DNA of 64,000 nt from Bacteroidales bacterium (GCA_021738485.1 JAIPBX010000002.1:2395-66394); one strand, 5' to 3'. Shown: positions 45,084 through 55,234, counted from the first letter of the stretch. Translations and numbers: made by a program. Notes: generated by a model from the sequence alone, not told the origin.

Positions 45084-45779
45084 ATGCGTATCGACATACT
45101 CACCATTTTCCCCGGTATGTTTGAAGGTCCTTTCAATGATTCGATTATTAAAAGGGCCCGTGAGCGAAATAAAGTAGCCATACACCTGCATGATATTCGT
45201 GAATATACCCGTGACAAACATCGCCGGGTAGATGACTATTCCTATGGAGGCGGAGCAGGCATGGTGATGATGGTTGAACCCATAGCCCGGTGCATCGAGA
45301 CCCTGAAAGCAGAGCGAACTTACGATGAAATCATCTATACAGCCCCTGATGGGGAACTCTTTGAGCAAAGCGAGGCCAACCGGCTTTCCACCCTTACAAA
45401 CATTATTATCCTTTGCGGAAGATACAAGGGCATTGATGAACGATTGCGGGAAAACTATATCACGAAGGAATTATCAATCGGCAACTATGTCCTGTCTGGA
45501 GGGGAATTACCGGCGGCAGTGATTAGCGACAGCATCATCCGTTTGCTTCCCGGGGTCCTCAACAACGAAACGTCTGCCCTCTCCGACAGCTTTCAAAGCA
45601 ACCTGGTTTCGCCCCCGGTCTATACCCGGCCCTACGATTATAAAGGCATGCGTGTTCCTGATGTTTTGCTGTCGGGGAATGATAAAAAAATTGACGAATG
45701 GCGCCTCGATCAAGCCATAAAGCGCACCAAAGAAAGACGCCCCGACCTGCTGCCGGATGAGGATAAGTTTTATCGATAG
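45084..45779 (+). CDS. trmD: tRNA (guanine37-N1)-methyltransferase
   Basis: The sequence [17 protein letters not shown]...[13 protein letters not shown]...[10 protein letters not shown]...[14 protein letters not shown] is the canonical TrmD pattern. The ORF-track start at 45048 is an upstream extension. Confidence 0.95.
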   Translation: MRIDILTIFPGMFEGPFNDSIIKRARERNKVAIHLHDIREYTRDKHRRVDDYSYGGGAGMVMMVEPIARCIETLKAERTYDEIIYTAPDGELFEQSEANRLSTLTNIIILCGRYKGIDERLRENYITKELSIGNYVLSGGELPAAVISDSIIRLLPGVLNNETSALSDSFQSNLVSPPVYTRPYDYKGMRVPDVLLSGNDKKIDEWRLDQAIKRTKERRPDLLPDEDKFYR

Positions 45780-45842
45780 GCTATTAATAAAATTTTACTA
45801 TATAAATTGACGCAGGGGGTTTTTCATTTCAAAATAAACCTG

Positions 45843-45850
45843 TATCTTTG
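45843..45850 (+). promoter_or_regulatory. Candidate -7 promoter box (TATCTTTG) for rplS
   Basis: Matches TAnnTTTG, 38 nt upstream of the rplS ATG. Confidence 0.4.
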
Positions 45851-45888
45851 CAGCCATTTTAGGAATATAATATAAAAAACCGAGAATA

Positions 45889-46245
45889 ATGGGTAAGAAA
45901 GACTTAATCCAATATGTAGAGGACAACCTTGTGGAGAAGCACGATTTTCCAAAATTTTCTCCCGGTGATACTATCACGGTAAGGTACAAAATCCGTGAGG
46001 GTAATAAAGAAAGAATTCAGGCTTTCAGAGGTACAGTACTGCAAATCAGAGGCGACGGCGTTAACAAGAATTTTACTATCCGTAAGGTGTCGAGTGGCAT
46101 CGGAATCGAAAGAATTTTTCCCATAACTTCCCCTTTTATTGAGAGCATCCAGATTAATAAGAGAGGAAGCGTCAGAAGGTCCAGAATTTTCTTCCTTCGC
46201 GGCCGCACAGGAAAATCTGCCCGAATCAAAGAAAAAAGAGTTTAG
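45889..46245 (+). CDS. rplS: 50S ribosomal protein L19
   Basis: 118 aa. FSPGDTITVRYKIREGNKERIQAFRGTVL...RKVSSGIGIERIFPITSP is the canonical L19 sequence. Sits downstream of trmD as usual. Confidence 0.95.
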   Translation: MGKKDLIQYVEDNLVEKHDFPKFSPGDTITVRYKIREGNKERIQAFRGTVLQIRGDGVNKNFTIRKVSSGIGIERIFPITSPFIESIQINKRGSVRRSRIFFLRGRTGKSARIKEKRV

Positions 46246-46261
46246 TTCAATCATCGAACAA

Positions 46262-46299
46262 AAAAACCTGCTCCATCAAAAATGCGGCAGGTTTTTTTA
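46262..46299 (+). terminator. Intrinsic terminator after rplS
   Basis: AAAAAACCTGC-tccatcaaaaatgcg-GCAGGTTTTTTT. Confidence 0.7.
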
Positions 46300-46480
46300 T
46301 GTCTGTTGGTGACAAGTTATTTCCTGCGCATTTCGCTGCCTGGTTGGCCGCATTGATAAGCGGGTAAGCAGCAGATGAGGCCGTCAGCATTGGCTGTGTT
46401 CCGATTTGGGCTGTTTGCAGTGTGGGTATGTGTTTCAACCGCCGGTTTCGCATTCCCGAAAAAAATTCGCTGTGGGTTAG

Positions 46481-46780
46481 CCGTCTACCCCGAAACGGAA
46501 GAAACCAAGCGCTGTTTTACATAAATCTAATATTGATAATGCCCTCATCCTGGTACTTACTTTGCCCCACGCCGGGGATGTTAAAAGAATTACCCAAATT
46601 GCCCGAAGTATTAATCCCCAGGTCTATATCATCATTCGGGTCAGGTTTGTCAACGACATGAAAGCGCTTTATGAGACAGGAGCCGACGAGTTTATCCCGG
46701 AAGAATTTGAAACGTCTAGTGAAATCTTTTCACGGCTTAATGTGCGTAAAAAACAGTACTGTTTGCCAAATAAAGTTTAA
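46481..46780 (+). pseudogene. Remnant of the C-terminal end of an RCK/TrkA-N domain (CPA2 antiporter or K+ transport-type gene)
   Basis: The frame is open only from the stop at 46478. It translates to ...SAVLHKSNIDNALILVLTLPHAGDVKRITQIARSINPQVYIIIRVRFVNDMKALYETGADEFIPEEFETS, resembling the tail of a TrkA-N domain (A..lvia.pd....i...ar...p...iiaR.....L...GAd.vi.pe.e). There is no ATG, the upstream frames are broken, and no membrane domain is present. Confidence 0.4.
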
Positions 46781-48015
46781 GAGTGACGGTTCTTATACAC
46801 CTTTTGATACGGATAATCAAAAACTTGCGCCTCCTTCTTCTCAGCGATAGCCTCCAGAAAGTCGATATAGCTATCGTTAAACTGAAAAGCCTCCTGATTA
46901 TAATAGAATTGTGGAAGCGGGTAATTTCCTATTTCACTCAAATCCACCGCTTTGGTATTTTGCACCTCCAGGCGAGCTTCTTCGGATATTTCACTCAATA
47001 CCGGCATTTTACCATACTCCTCTCTCAGCAATAAGTCCTCAACCTTATCCGCCAATACACGGGTAAACTTCCTGTCAAAATCCCCGCAATTACCAGAGCG
47101 GGCATAAAAACCTGTCACCACACCTTTGGCAGGCAATCCTGTTTCTTTTTTAATATCGGCGGCCACCACTCCTGAAACGCCTCCGAAAGCCGGGTGCCCG
47201 AACTCATCCCGCTCCGAGCTGGCGTGAATATATACCGGCCGGTCATAATGCGGATCATACCACTGCGTTCCTTCCGCTACAGCCACCAGCAAATAGCCAT
47301 GCTCCGAAGCATGGTAGGCATCGGCAATTTTTTGGATAAAGGAAATTTTTTTCTCCTTTGTAACCGGAACTTCAGGAATCAGGGCGAAATCGGCCCCGGC
47401 AAGAGCCGCGGCCCCGGTAAGCCAACCCGTATTGCGGCCCATAACTTCCAGCACCAATACCCTTTCATGCGACTGCGCATAGGTTTTGATGCGGTGGGCA
47501 TAATCGATGATAGACTGCGCAGCAGTGGGAAACCCAGGGCATAAGGAGACCTCATGATTACCGCTATTATATTTATGTATGGTCCGGGTTCTAAGGTCAT
47601 TGTCAATGGTTTTGGGAAAGGCTATGACCGGGATACCTTCCTCCTGGTATAGTTTCCGGGCTGCTCCCAGCGTATCATCACCGCCAATGACTACCATAAC
47701 ATCAATCCCATAATCACTGATGTTCTTTAGCACCTCTTCTTTGCGTTTCTCATTCCCCGGAGCAAAGGGATTGGTCCGGCTTGAGCGTAATACTGTCCCG
47801 CCATACAACGGGTTGATGGGAGCAAAAGACATGTCTACCAGGTCGCCTTCGCCGAGGAGGCCATGCCATCCCCTTCTTATTCCGACCACATGGTATCCCA
47901 GCCCCACAGCGCGGTTCCGGACAGCCTCCATAGAAGCATTTAAAGCCTGTGTATCGCCTCCACCGGTGAGAATTGCCAGTGTTTTTCCTTTAAAACTACC
48001 TTCCTTCAGTGTCAT
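46777..48015 (-). CDS. 6-phosphofructokinase, probably pyrophosphate-dependent type
   Basis: LTGGGDTQALNA, VIGGDDTLGAA (GGDD rather than GGDG), FPKTIDNDL, VMGRNTGWL. I chose the start at MTLKEGSF (48015), which avoids overlap with the upstream gene's stop at 48036. Confidence 0.8.
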   Translation of the reverse strand: MTLKEGSFKGKTLAILTGGGDTQALNASMEAVRNRAVGLGYHVVGIRRGWHGLLGEGDLVDMSFAPINPLYGGTVLRSSRTNPFAPGNEKRKEEVLKNISDYGIDVMVVIGGDDTLGAARKLYQEEGIPVIAFPKTIDNDLRTRTIHKYNSGNHEVSLCPGFPTAAQSIIDYAHRIKTYAQSHERVLVLEVMGRNTGWLTGAAALAGADFALIPEVPVTKEKKISFIQKIADAYHASEHGYLLVAVAEGTQWYDPHYDRPVYIHASSERDEFGHPAFGGVSGVVAADIKKETGLPAKGVVTGFYARSGNCGDFDRKFTRVLADKVEDLLLREEYGKMPVLSEISEEARLEVQNTKAVDLSEIGNYPLPQFYYNQEAFQFNDSYIDFLEAIAEKKEAQVFDYPYQKVYKNRHS

Positions 48016-48035
48016 ATAATTTGCATAGGTTTTGT

Positions 48036-51000
48036 TTACCAATCCATTCCCTTGAGAAACAATCCGAAAACCCATTCTTTATCACTACGCTGGAAAGGAT
48101 GCGCTATATAGGGTTCTATGATAGCATAGCCAAACAGATTTATTCGCAACGCCACACCGGCGCTATAAACGACATTGTAACGATCGGGCCTGGGTTGCCA
48201 ATTCCAGTTAATCTGGTCATAGCTTTCCGTGGAAAAACCTCCATCGGCAAAAAGCACAAGGTCGGAATAAAAGAAACTGGATTGGATGACGGCTAATCGT
48301 TTAGGGCCTGAAAAAGGCAACCGCAATTCCGCATTAAAAAGAGCCATCTTGGAACCGGCAATAGAATTCGGATTAAGAGAACTTGAGGAAATCTGGGAAT
48401 TCTGATCAAACGAATTGTAATTATACCCCCTTATATAGTAATTATTTCCCAGGTAAAGCGGATACAGGTCCTGGGCATCCTGGCCATATCTCGCATAGTG
48501 CATCAGCCGAAAACCGAGACTGATAGGTTTATTAAAATAATATTTCCGCAGATCAGCCAGTGTGGTAAACTGTTGGATATCCTGGAAAGACTGGTCTATC
48601 TGAAGGCGGAAGCGGTATCCCTCCAGGGGTGAAGTGACACCAAAATCCACATCATCCCCTACGAAAGCGGTATATATCTTATGGATGTAATTGGGATCCG
48701 GGGCTTCTCCTTTTTGCTCTTTTCGACCCAGAAAAAACCCATTTTGATCATAGAAGTTCTTGATGGAGTCTATCCTGTAGCCATATCTTGTCAGGTATCC
48801 CCCGGCTTCCAGGCGAAGCTTTTTTGAAAACGGATACTGGCCGAAAACTGATATCCTGTCCTGAAAGATGCGGTTCTGAACAATCGTTAATGAATCTACC
48901 GATCCCGGATTAGTGTTATTAAAAGAGTTGTTGAATTTATAATAAGAATACCGATACGGAATATGATAAAATGATCCTCCCCAGTGCAGCCTTGATTCGC
49001 GATTCATATAGGTAGCGCCCCCACCGATATCATAGATTTCACCCTGCATCATCAAAGTAGCATAGAGTTGATGACGTTTCAGCACATCCCCAAAAATGGC
49101 ATTCACACCCCCGGAACCATAGGTGTTGTATGTACCCGTAGAAACTCCAACCCCGGAGCTTCCGATATATTCCAGCTCCAGTTTGGGATTGTATTTCGTC
49201 TGAGTAATGCTGCTATCATTGCTCTGAGGATGTTTTTCGAGGTTATGCTGTACTACATTCATAATACGCTCCCGGGGAGGTAATTTTTCAGGGACTGTGT
49301 TTAACAAATTCTTCGCAACTTCTTCTTCCTCAAAATCTTCTATGTTACTCACATACATGTGGTACCCGTCATCTTTATACAGTGTGTAAGCCATTTTCCC
49401 GGTTTCCCGGCTTAAACTGAAAGCCGGTGAAAGATCGGTAATGCCCGATATACCAGTGACAAACTCAGAAAGCTGGTATACCTTATCAGTATGGAAATCA
49501 TACCGGTAAAGATTGCGGTATCCATTGGCGTGGGAAAGGAAATACAATGACGAATCCCCGTTTGCATAATAAGGGCTGTAATTGTTGGCATTGGGAAATA
49601 AATCATGCATCACACTCACCGAGTCCTCCTCAAGATGATATTCCGTTATTCGATAATTACTGTAAATCTGGCGATCAAAATCCGTAGTTTTTCCCCGGTC
49701 TGAGATAAAAGCAATTTTTTCACCATCGGCAGACCAAGCAGGCTGAAGGGCCGAATAGCGATCATTCGTTAAGCGGTGAAGCTTTTCTTTAGCCAAGTCA
49801 TAGATATATAAATCGGAAGTGCCATTCTTCAGCCCTGAAAAAGCTATCTTATCACCTTTTGGTGACCATTCAGGATTATCAAAAGATTCCACTTCCTTGA
49901 TTTTATACTCCTTTTCAGTAATTTTATTCCCGCTAAGATCCATTACCAGCAGAAAATTCCTTCCTTTGGCGAAAGTCGTCACCACATATTTGTTCCCATC
50001 GGGCGACCAGGAACCGGCCGATTCGATATAATTATAATCATCAATATGCGATTGAGATAAAGAGCCGGTTAACTCCTTGACCACTTCCCCCGTTTCAATA
50101 TTAGCCATAAGCATATCAATCGAAATGACGTCTTTGTTGGAAAGGAAGGCTACATGCTTTCCATCCGGGCTAATCACCGGCGCAATATTCAAATCCCCAT
50201 ATTTTTTCTTACTGAAAGGCATTTCCCCTACCGGTGGTACACTGTCCTTAACAAAGGGAGAATACATCTCTTTTACTTTTTGCTGCCATTGACTCGACAA
50301 GCTGTCGCGGCTAATATTCAGGGTGCGTTTCGTGCCGCGGTCTAATCCTCTTCGGGCTATATTGTAAAGGTAGGGTCTGATAATGGCATCCCCCCATTTT
50401 CCGGTAACATAAGCCCAGAAGGCGTGACCATAGCGATACGGGAAATACTTATCCGGTCGCTTCGTCATTTGTTTCATGGTGGGGATGTCGTCTGTCATTA
50501 CTGCATCCCGCATCCACATAGCCGTCTGATTGTGTTGGGGACCGATAGACAGATATTCGGCCAAGCCTTCAATCATCCACAGCGGAACATTTTGCAGGTT
50601 TTTATAGCTAAGGCTGTCCTCCTGCTGGAACATATAATACTGAAACACGTGCACCATCTCATGGCCCAACACATGGTCTGTTTCTTTATTGGAATTCATA
50701 AATGGCATAATCACCCTGCGGCGCAATCCTTCGGTTACCCCGCCGGTACCCACACCGATATTCCCTGAAATAACATTCGTTTGTTTAAAATCCGCTTTGT
50801 TGTTGTAAAGAATGATAGGGTTTTTCGTGATGGTATCCCCGAAAATGGCTTTATGCCTAAGATACCACTTTTCGGATTGATTACTGATGGATTTTATTGC
50901 CGTATCGTTCTTCAGGTAATTATATATAACAAAGTGAGGGGTATGTGTTTTAACAAAATCAAATTTTTCATAATTTACTTTATTCTGACCAAAATATTGA

Positions 51001-51062
51001 CCAAAACCCGCAACAGAAACGAAAATAAGTAATGATGTAAAAAACCATTTTATTGCATCCAT
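48036..51062 (-). CDS. Large outer-membrane protein: N-terminal HExxH metallopeptidase-like module, TolB-like PD40 beta-propeller repeats, C-terminal Omp85/surface-antigen-like beta-barrel
   Basis: Signal sequence. VLGHEMVHVFQY and EGLAEY (MA-clan-like). PD40-like repeats (SPDGKHVAFLS, WSPDGNKYVV, EWSPKGDKIAFSG, AWSADGEKIAFISD). The aromatic-rich C-terminal beta-barrel pattern ends ...GLFLKGMDW. Confidence 0.65.
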   Translation of the reverse strand: MDAIKWFFTSLLIFVSVAGFGQYFGQNKVNYEKFDFVKTHTPHFVIYNYLKNDTAIKSISNQSEKWYLRHKAIFGDTITKNPIILYNNKADFKQTNVISGNIGVGTGGVTEGLRRRVIMPFMNSNKETDHVLGHEMVHVFQYYMFQQEDSLSYKNLQNVPLWMIEGLAEYLSIGPQHNQTAMWMRDAVMTDDIPTMKQMTKRPDKYFPYRYGHAFWAYVTGKWGDAIIRPYLYNIARRGLDRGTKRTLNISRDSLSSQWQQKVKEMYSPFVKDSVPPVGEMPFSKKKYGDLNIAPVISPDGKHVAFLSNKDVISIDMLMANIETGEVVKELTGSLSQSHIDDYNYIESAGSWSPDGNKYVVTTFAKGRNFLLVMDLSGNKITEKEYKIKEVESFDNPEWSPKGDKIAFSGLKNGTSDLYIYDLAKEKLHRLTNDRYSALQPAWSADGEKIAFISDRGKTTDFDRQIYSNYRITEYHLEEDSVSVMHDLFPNANNYSPYYANGDSSLYFLSHANGYRNLYRYDFHTDKVYQLSEFVTGISGITDLSPAFSLSRETGKMAYTLYKDDGYHMYVSNIEDFEEEEVAKNLLNTVPEKLPPRERIMNVVQHNLEKHPQSNDSSITQTKYNPKLELEYIGSSGVGVSTGTYNTYGSGGVNAIFGDVLKRHQLYATLMMQGEIYDIGGGATYMNRESRLHWGGSFYHIPYRYSYYKFNNSFNNTNPGSVDSLTIVQNRIFQDRISVFGQYPFSKKLRLEAGGYLTRYGYRIDSIKNFYDQNGFFLGRKEQKGEAPDPNYIHKIYTAFVGDDVDFGVTSPLEGYRFRLQIDQSFQDIQQFTTLADLRKYYFNKPISLGFRLMHYARYGQDAQDLYPLYLGNNYYIRGYNYNSFDQNSQISSSSLNPNSIAGSKMALFNAELRLPFSGPKRLAVIQSSFFYSDLVLFADGGFSTESYDQINWNWQPRPDRYNVVYSAGVALRINLFGYAIIEPYIAHPFQRSDKEWVFGLFLKGMDW

Positions 51063-51209
51063 ACTGACTCCTCTTTACGATCCATCCTTAAAATTTTCAA
51101 AATGCATACCAAAACTCATCAAACAGACAACCAGAGGAGGAACAATGTTTAATCCATATCCTTAAATTTGCGGACAAAAGCAAATACAGGAAGAAAAGCA
51201 AACTGCTCA

Positions 51210-53372
51210 TCATGTAGTGATGTCTTTAGGAATTGAAAAAGAAAATGTAGTTCCTTGATTTATAGTCGATTCAATATCCAATTGCCCCTGATGCTTGCTA
51301 AGGAAGCTCTTGACCAAAACCAGGCCCAAACCCGCACCTTTTTCCTTATTTGTTCCTTCCTTAGAAAAGGTATCCTCGCTGTATAGTATACGGTCTTTCT
51401 CCTCCTGGCTCATTCCCATACCATTATCTTCGATATATACTTTTACTTCATTATTCAGGTCTTCAGCGGAAATTCTCACATATCCATTTTCGGAAGTAAA
51501 TTTAACAGAATTAAAGATCAGGTTACGCATGATTGTGTTGAGCATGTTTACATCGGCCGTCACTGCAATGCTACGATCAATATTATTGATTACGTTCACT
51601 CCTTTTTGCTGCGCCATGTGATTCGCCAGGCTAACATTTTCATCCGCAATTTTGTGCATGCTAACATTTTCCGGTTTAAACTGGATTTTGCCCCGCTCGG
51701 AATTAGCCCATTCAAGGAGATTCTGTATCAGTTCAAAGAGTTGCATTGAAGATTTATAGATGTTTTCACTCATCATCTCTATAGATTCAAAATCTTTTCC
51801 GTGCCTGACTTCTTCGACTAACATTTCGGAAAAACCTAACAACGAATTAAAAGGACTTCGCAAGTCGTGCGAAATGATCGAAAAGAGCTGATTACGATCT
51901 TTATCCACTTCCTTCAACTTTTTCTGAGATTCATATAATTCTTCATTTTTCTTCGCCAACTCTTGTTGCTGGGTTTTAACCCTGATATTTTGATGTTTCA
52001 GTCGTTTATTCCAATTGCGTTGTTTAAAGAAGGCATAAATAACAAAAGAAATGATGATAACTGCCAGGATGACTACAATGATAAAGTATAAGCGCAGTTC
52101 CTGTTGCTTTTCCTTCAGCTTATTATACTGGGTCTGTTGTTCTTCTTCAGCATACAAATCATTCAAACTAGCAATTTTATCCTTGGTATCAGTGCTTAAT
52201 ATGCTATCTTCCAGTTTTTTGTGTCTTTTAAATAAATCCAAAGCCTTTTCAAAGGAATCGACCTTCATATAATATTTGTGCTTTGTATTATAAAAACTCG
52301 AAGTGATGCTTAAGGAGTTAAGTTTTTGATTGATCGTATGAGCCTTTTCCAGATAAAAGTTTGCACTATCCTGTTGTTCGGCTTTCAGTTTTAAATTTGC
52401 AATATTCAGATAAACATTAGCAATGCCCCGTTTATTACCTATTTTATCATAGTATTTATATGACTTCCGGTAAAATTGCCCGGCCTCATCAAATTGCTCT
52501 TTTCTCAAATAAACGGAAGCTATATTGTTATAATAAATTGCCAGAGACTCATAATCGTTCATTTTGTTGGCATAAGAAATCCCCATATTAAAATAATCAT
52601 GGGCGGATTCCGGATCGCCTTTCTCCATATAAATACTTCCCATATTGTTACTAATGAAACCTATAACTTCTACAAAACTTTTTTGGCGGGCAATGTCCAG
52701 CGCTTTTTTATAATTTTCAAGAGCTTCATCCAACTTACCGGAAGCTTGTAGATTGGAAGCAATATTATTCAATGCTAAGGCAATGCCTCGGGCATTATCA
52801 ATTTCGCGAGCTATTGAAAGTGAATTATAATAATGTTCGGAACTTTTATCATGATCATTTAAATAATAATAGACATTACCAATTTTGCGGGTAGTATTCA
52901 TTTCAATTTCCTTAAAGCCGTTCTTCTCAGCCAGTTGTTTACTCTGTAAATAATATTTCAGGGCCTTATGGTAAGAACTCATCGAATTAAAGTTATCCGC
53001 ATAATTCTTGTATATCAAAGCTTTTTTACGTTCACTGAATAACTGCGGTGTATCTTTCATGATTTTTATCGTCTCATGAAAATATTTGTCTGCTCTCTCG
53101 GTATTGCCTTGATTATTTTCTAATTTTCCCATTTCATAATAGGAAGAAGCAACCCCTTTACGATTATTATTGTTCTTGCTCAGGTTAAGTGCTTGACGCG
53201 CGAAGTTCATCTTCTGTGAGTGGTTTTTGGCTTTTTTTGCCGAATCCAGAAAGGCACGATAATCTTGTTGGGGAGCAGCTCTCACTGTCTGGATCGGTAA
53301 TACTATCACTATTAAAAAATGAATCCCGAGGCCAATTAGCCATATTCTTGAAAATCCGCTCAGTTTTTTCAC
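51210..53372 (-). CDS. Sensor histidine kinase with TPR-repeat sensor region, one TM, HisKA and HATPase_c
   Basis: Signal/TM, multiple TPR-like repeats (YYEMGKL, YKNYADNF, NNIASNL, NNMGSIY, NNIASVY, LNIANLK), TM YFIIVVILAVIIISFVIYAFF, H-box IISHDLRSPFNSLLGF, NLIFNSVKFT, DNGMGM, GAGLGLVL. Confidence 0.9.
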   Translation of the reverse strand: MKKLSGFSRIWLIGLGIHFLIVIVLPIQTVRAAPQQDYRAFLDSAKKAKNHSQKMNFARQALNLSKNNNNRKGVASSYYEMGKLENNQGNTERADKYFHETIKIMKDTPQLFSERKKALIYKNYADNFNSMSSYHKALKYYLQSKQLAEKNGFKEIEMNTTRKIGNVYYYLNDHDKSSEHYYNSLSIAREIDNARGIALALNNIASNLQASGKLDEALENYKKALDIARQKSFVEVIGFISNNMGSIYMEKGDPESAHDYFNMGISYANKMNDYESLAIYYNNIASVYLRKEQFDEAGQFYRKSYKYYDKIGNKRGIANVYLNIANLKLKAEQQDSANFYLEKAHTINQKLNSLSITSSFYNTKHKYYMKVDSFEKALDLFKRHKKLEDSILSTDTKDKIASLNDLYAEEEQQTQYNKLKEKQQELRLYFIIVVILAVIIISFVIYAFFKQRNWNKRLKHQNIRVKTQQQELAKKNEELYESQKKLKEVDKDRNQLFSIISHDLRSPFNSLLGFSEMLVEEVRHGKDFESIEMMSENIYKSSMQLFELIQNLLEWANSERGKIQFKPENVSMHKIADENVSLANHMAQQKGVNVINNIDRSIAVTADVNMLNTIMRNLIFNSVKFTSENGYVRISAEDLNNEVKVYIEDNGMGMSQEEKDRILYSEDTFSKEGTNKEKGAGLGLVLVKSFLSKHQGQLDIESTINQGTTFSFSIPKDITT

Positions 53373-53520
53373 GATAGTATGAATTTATGTATATACAAAT
53401 AAAAGGATTTTAATTGTATTATCAAAGCCCGAGAGGTTTTCTCAACCCACAATATTCACTCCTTTCGGGTATAATTAAAATATAACGTGTTTGCTAATAA
53501 GCCCACCTGCAAATCCATAT

Positions 53521-54420
53521 CTATTTCCACAAGTCATGAGGATAATAGCCTTCCTCCACCATAGCCCGGATGCTTTTCTCTACAGCCATTTTATCCTCCC
53601 GGTAAGTAACCCCAAACCACTGAGCGTCGGACTTTAGTACTTTGACTCTTTCCTGCCGGCTTTTTATCATTGAGTTAACCACCGTAGGTATAAAAAATTC
53701 GCTCTTTTGCTCATGTCCTGATACGTCAAGAAAATCAGATAATAGTTTATCAAGCCATCCAAAAAATGTAGGTTGAAAGCCCCAAAAATTCATGGATACC
53801 AAATAATTTGGGTCCATTTCTTCCTTGCGGTCCGCTTTATCATACATCACCTTATCCCCTGCAAGGTGGATTTTTGTATACTCGGTCACATCTTCCAGGT
53901 AACCCGCACTATCCTGTCGGCAGACCCCCCTTGACACCGAGCCATGAGGCGACAAGGTGTTCTTAAGGTAATAGGCTACCATATAGTGGTCCGGGCTTTT
54001 CCGCCCCAAAGCCTCAGCGAGCACAGTGTAGGCATCTTTACCATAAAAATCATCTGCATTAATTACAGCAAAGGGCTCGTCAATGAGGTTGCGTGCACAC
54101 CATACCGCGTGTGCTGTTCCCCATGGCTTTTGACGCCCTTCCGGTATAGTGTAGCCTTCCGGGAGACTATCCAGCTCCTGGTAGGCAAACTTATAGGGAA
54201 TACGATCTTGCAATATCGGATCAAAGCGCTGCCGAAAAGCATCTTCCAAATCACGACGAATAACAAAAACAACTTTTCCAAAACCCGCTTCAATAGCATC
54301 ATAAATGGAATAATCGATAATAGCTTCCCCGGATGGGCCGATTTGGTCAAGTTGTTTTAATCCTCCATAGCGGCTGCCTATGCCAGCAGCAAGAATAAGT
54401 AGAGTGGGTTTTTTTGCCAT
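53521..54420 (-). CDS. Sugar-phosphate nucleotidyltransferase (NTP_transferase family)
   Basis: The N-terminal LILAAGIGSRYGGLKQLD matches the G-x-G-x-R nucleotide-binding loop. INADDFYG is also present. Length is about 300 aa. Confidence 0.75.
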   Translation of the reverse strand: MAKKPTLLILAAGIGSRYGGLKQLDQIGPSGEAIIDYSIYDAIEAGFGKVVFVIRRDLEDAFRQRFDPILQDRIPYKFAYQELDSLPEGYTIPEGRQKPWGTAHAVWCARNLIDEPFAVINADDFYGKDAYTVLAEALGRKSPDHYMVAYYLKNTLSPHGSVSRGVCRQDSAGYLEDVTEYTKIHLAGDKVMYDKADRKEEMDPNYLVSMNFWGFQPTFFGWLDKLLSDFLDVSGHEQKSEFFIPTVVNSMIKSRQERVKVLKSDAQWFGVTYREDKMAVEKSIRAMVEEGYYPHDLWK

Positions 54421-54577
54421 CAGTTTGAATATTTTTGGATTTCAAATGTCAAAATTATAAAATTATCGTTTTCTACCTATCAATAAAAAGGAAAGAACTC
54501 CAGAGAGTATAATTTAGAAAGGAAAGTGTAAACCTTCTAAATAAAATGATGTTACCCTTTTTATAACAAAAGAATAT

Positions 54578-55234
54578 ATGCAGGAACTTACTAAACAGAC
54601 CAAACTTCTCAACTATGCGTTAATTCTCAGTTTTATAACTATCGGTTACAATGTTATCGAGGGAGTGATTAGCATATGGTTTGGAATGGAGGATGCGACT
54701 CTGGCCCTATTAGGCTTTGGGGTGGATAGCTTCGTAGAAGTCATTTCGGGTTTTGGTATAGCCCATATGATATTTCGTATGCGCTATACAAAAGTAGAAG
54801 CCCATGATACCTTCGAAAGGCAGGCCCTGCGGATTACAGGTTTCAGTTTTTACCTTCTTACGGCAGGCTTAGTAGCCGGAGCAGTTATTAACATATTTCA
54901 GAACAACCATCCGGAGACCACCATGGTAGGGGTTATCATCTCCTCAATCTCTATATTGACCATGTGGTGGCTGATGACAGCCAAAAAGCGGGTAGGAAAC
55001 AAATTAAACAGCGATGCCATTACGGCCGATGCCAACTGTACTAAAACCTGCTTTTACCTGTCGATTCTGCTTCTGGCCAGCAGCGGCCTGTATGAAATTT
55101 TCCAGATTGGCTGGATCGATGCAGCAGGGTCGCTGGGGATTGCCTGGTTTGCTTTTAGCGAAGGACGTGAGTCTTTTCAGAAAGCCAAATCCGAAGACCT
55201 CTCCTGCTGTTGTGGTGGGGATTGTCATTCCTAA
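54578..55234 (+). CDS. Cation-diffusion-facilitator-like membrane protein (TM domain only) with Cys-rich tail
   Basis: Six predicted TM helices. Acidic and His residues sit in TM2/TM5-like positions (GFGVDSFVEV, ADANCTKTCFYLS). Ends LSCCCGGDCHS. There is no cytoplasmic CDF C-terminal domain. Confidence 0.55.
   Translation: MQELTKQTKLLNYALILSFITIGYNVIEGVISIWFGMEDATLALLGFGVDSFVEVISGFGIAHMIFRMRYTKVEAHDTFERQALRITGFSFYLLTAGLVAGAVINIFQNNHPETTMVGVIISSISILTMWWLMTAKKRVGNKLNSDAITADANCTKTCFYLSILLLASSGLYEIFQIGWIDAAGSLGIAWFAFSEGRESFQKAKSEDLSCCCGGDCHS

Noticed and set aside
46247-46453. 68-aa minus-strand ORF and 79-aa plus-strand ORF (46422-46661) in the rplS-PFK spacer.
   Set aside because: No motifs. 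They overlap the rplS terminator or the decayed RCK remnant, so a pseudogenised region explains them better.
48016-48075. Upstream extension of the PFK ORF.
   Set aside because: It overlaps the stop of the upstream 1008-aa gene. The start at MTLKEGSFKGKTLAIL gives the usual short lead-in to the GGGD nucleotide-binding loop.
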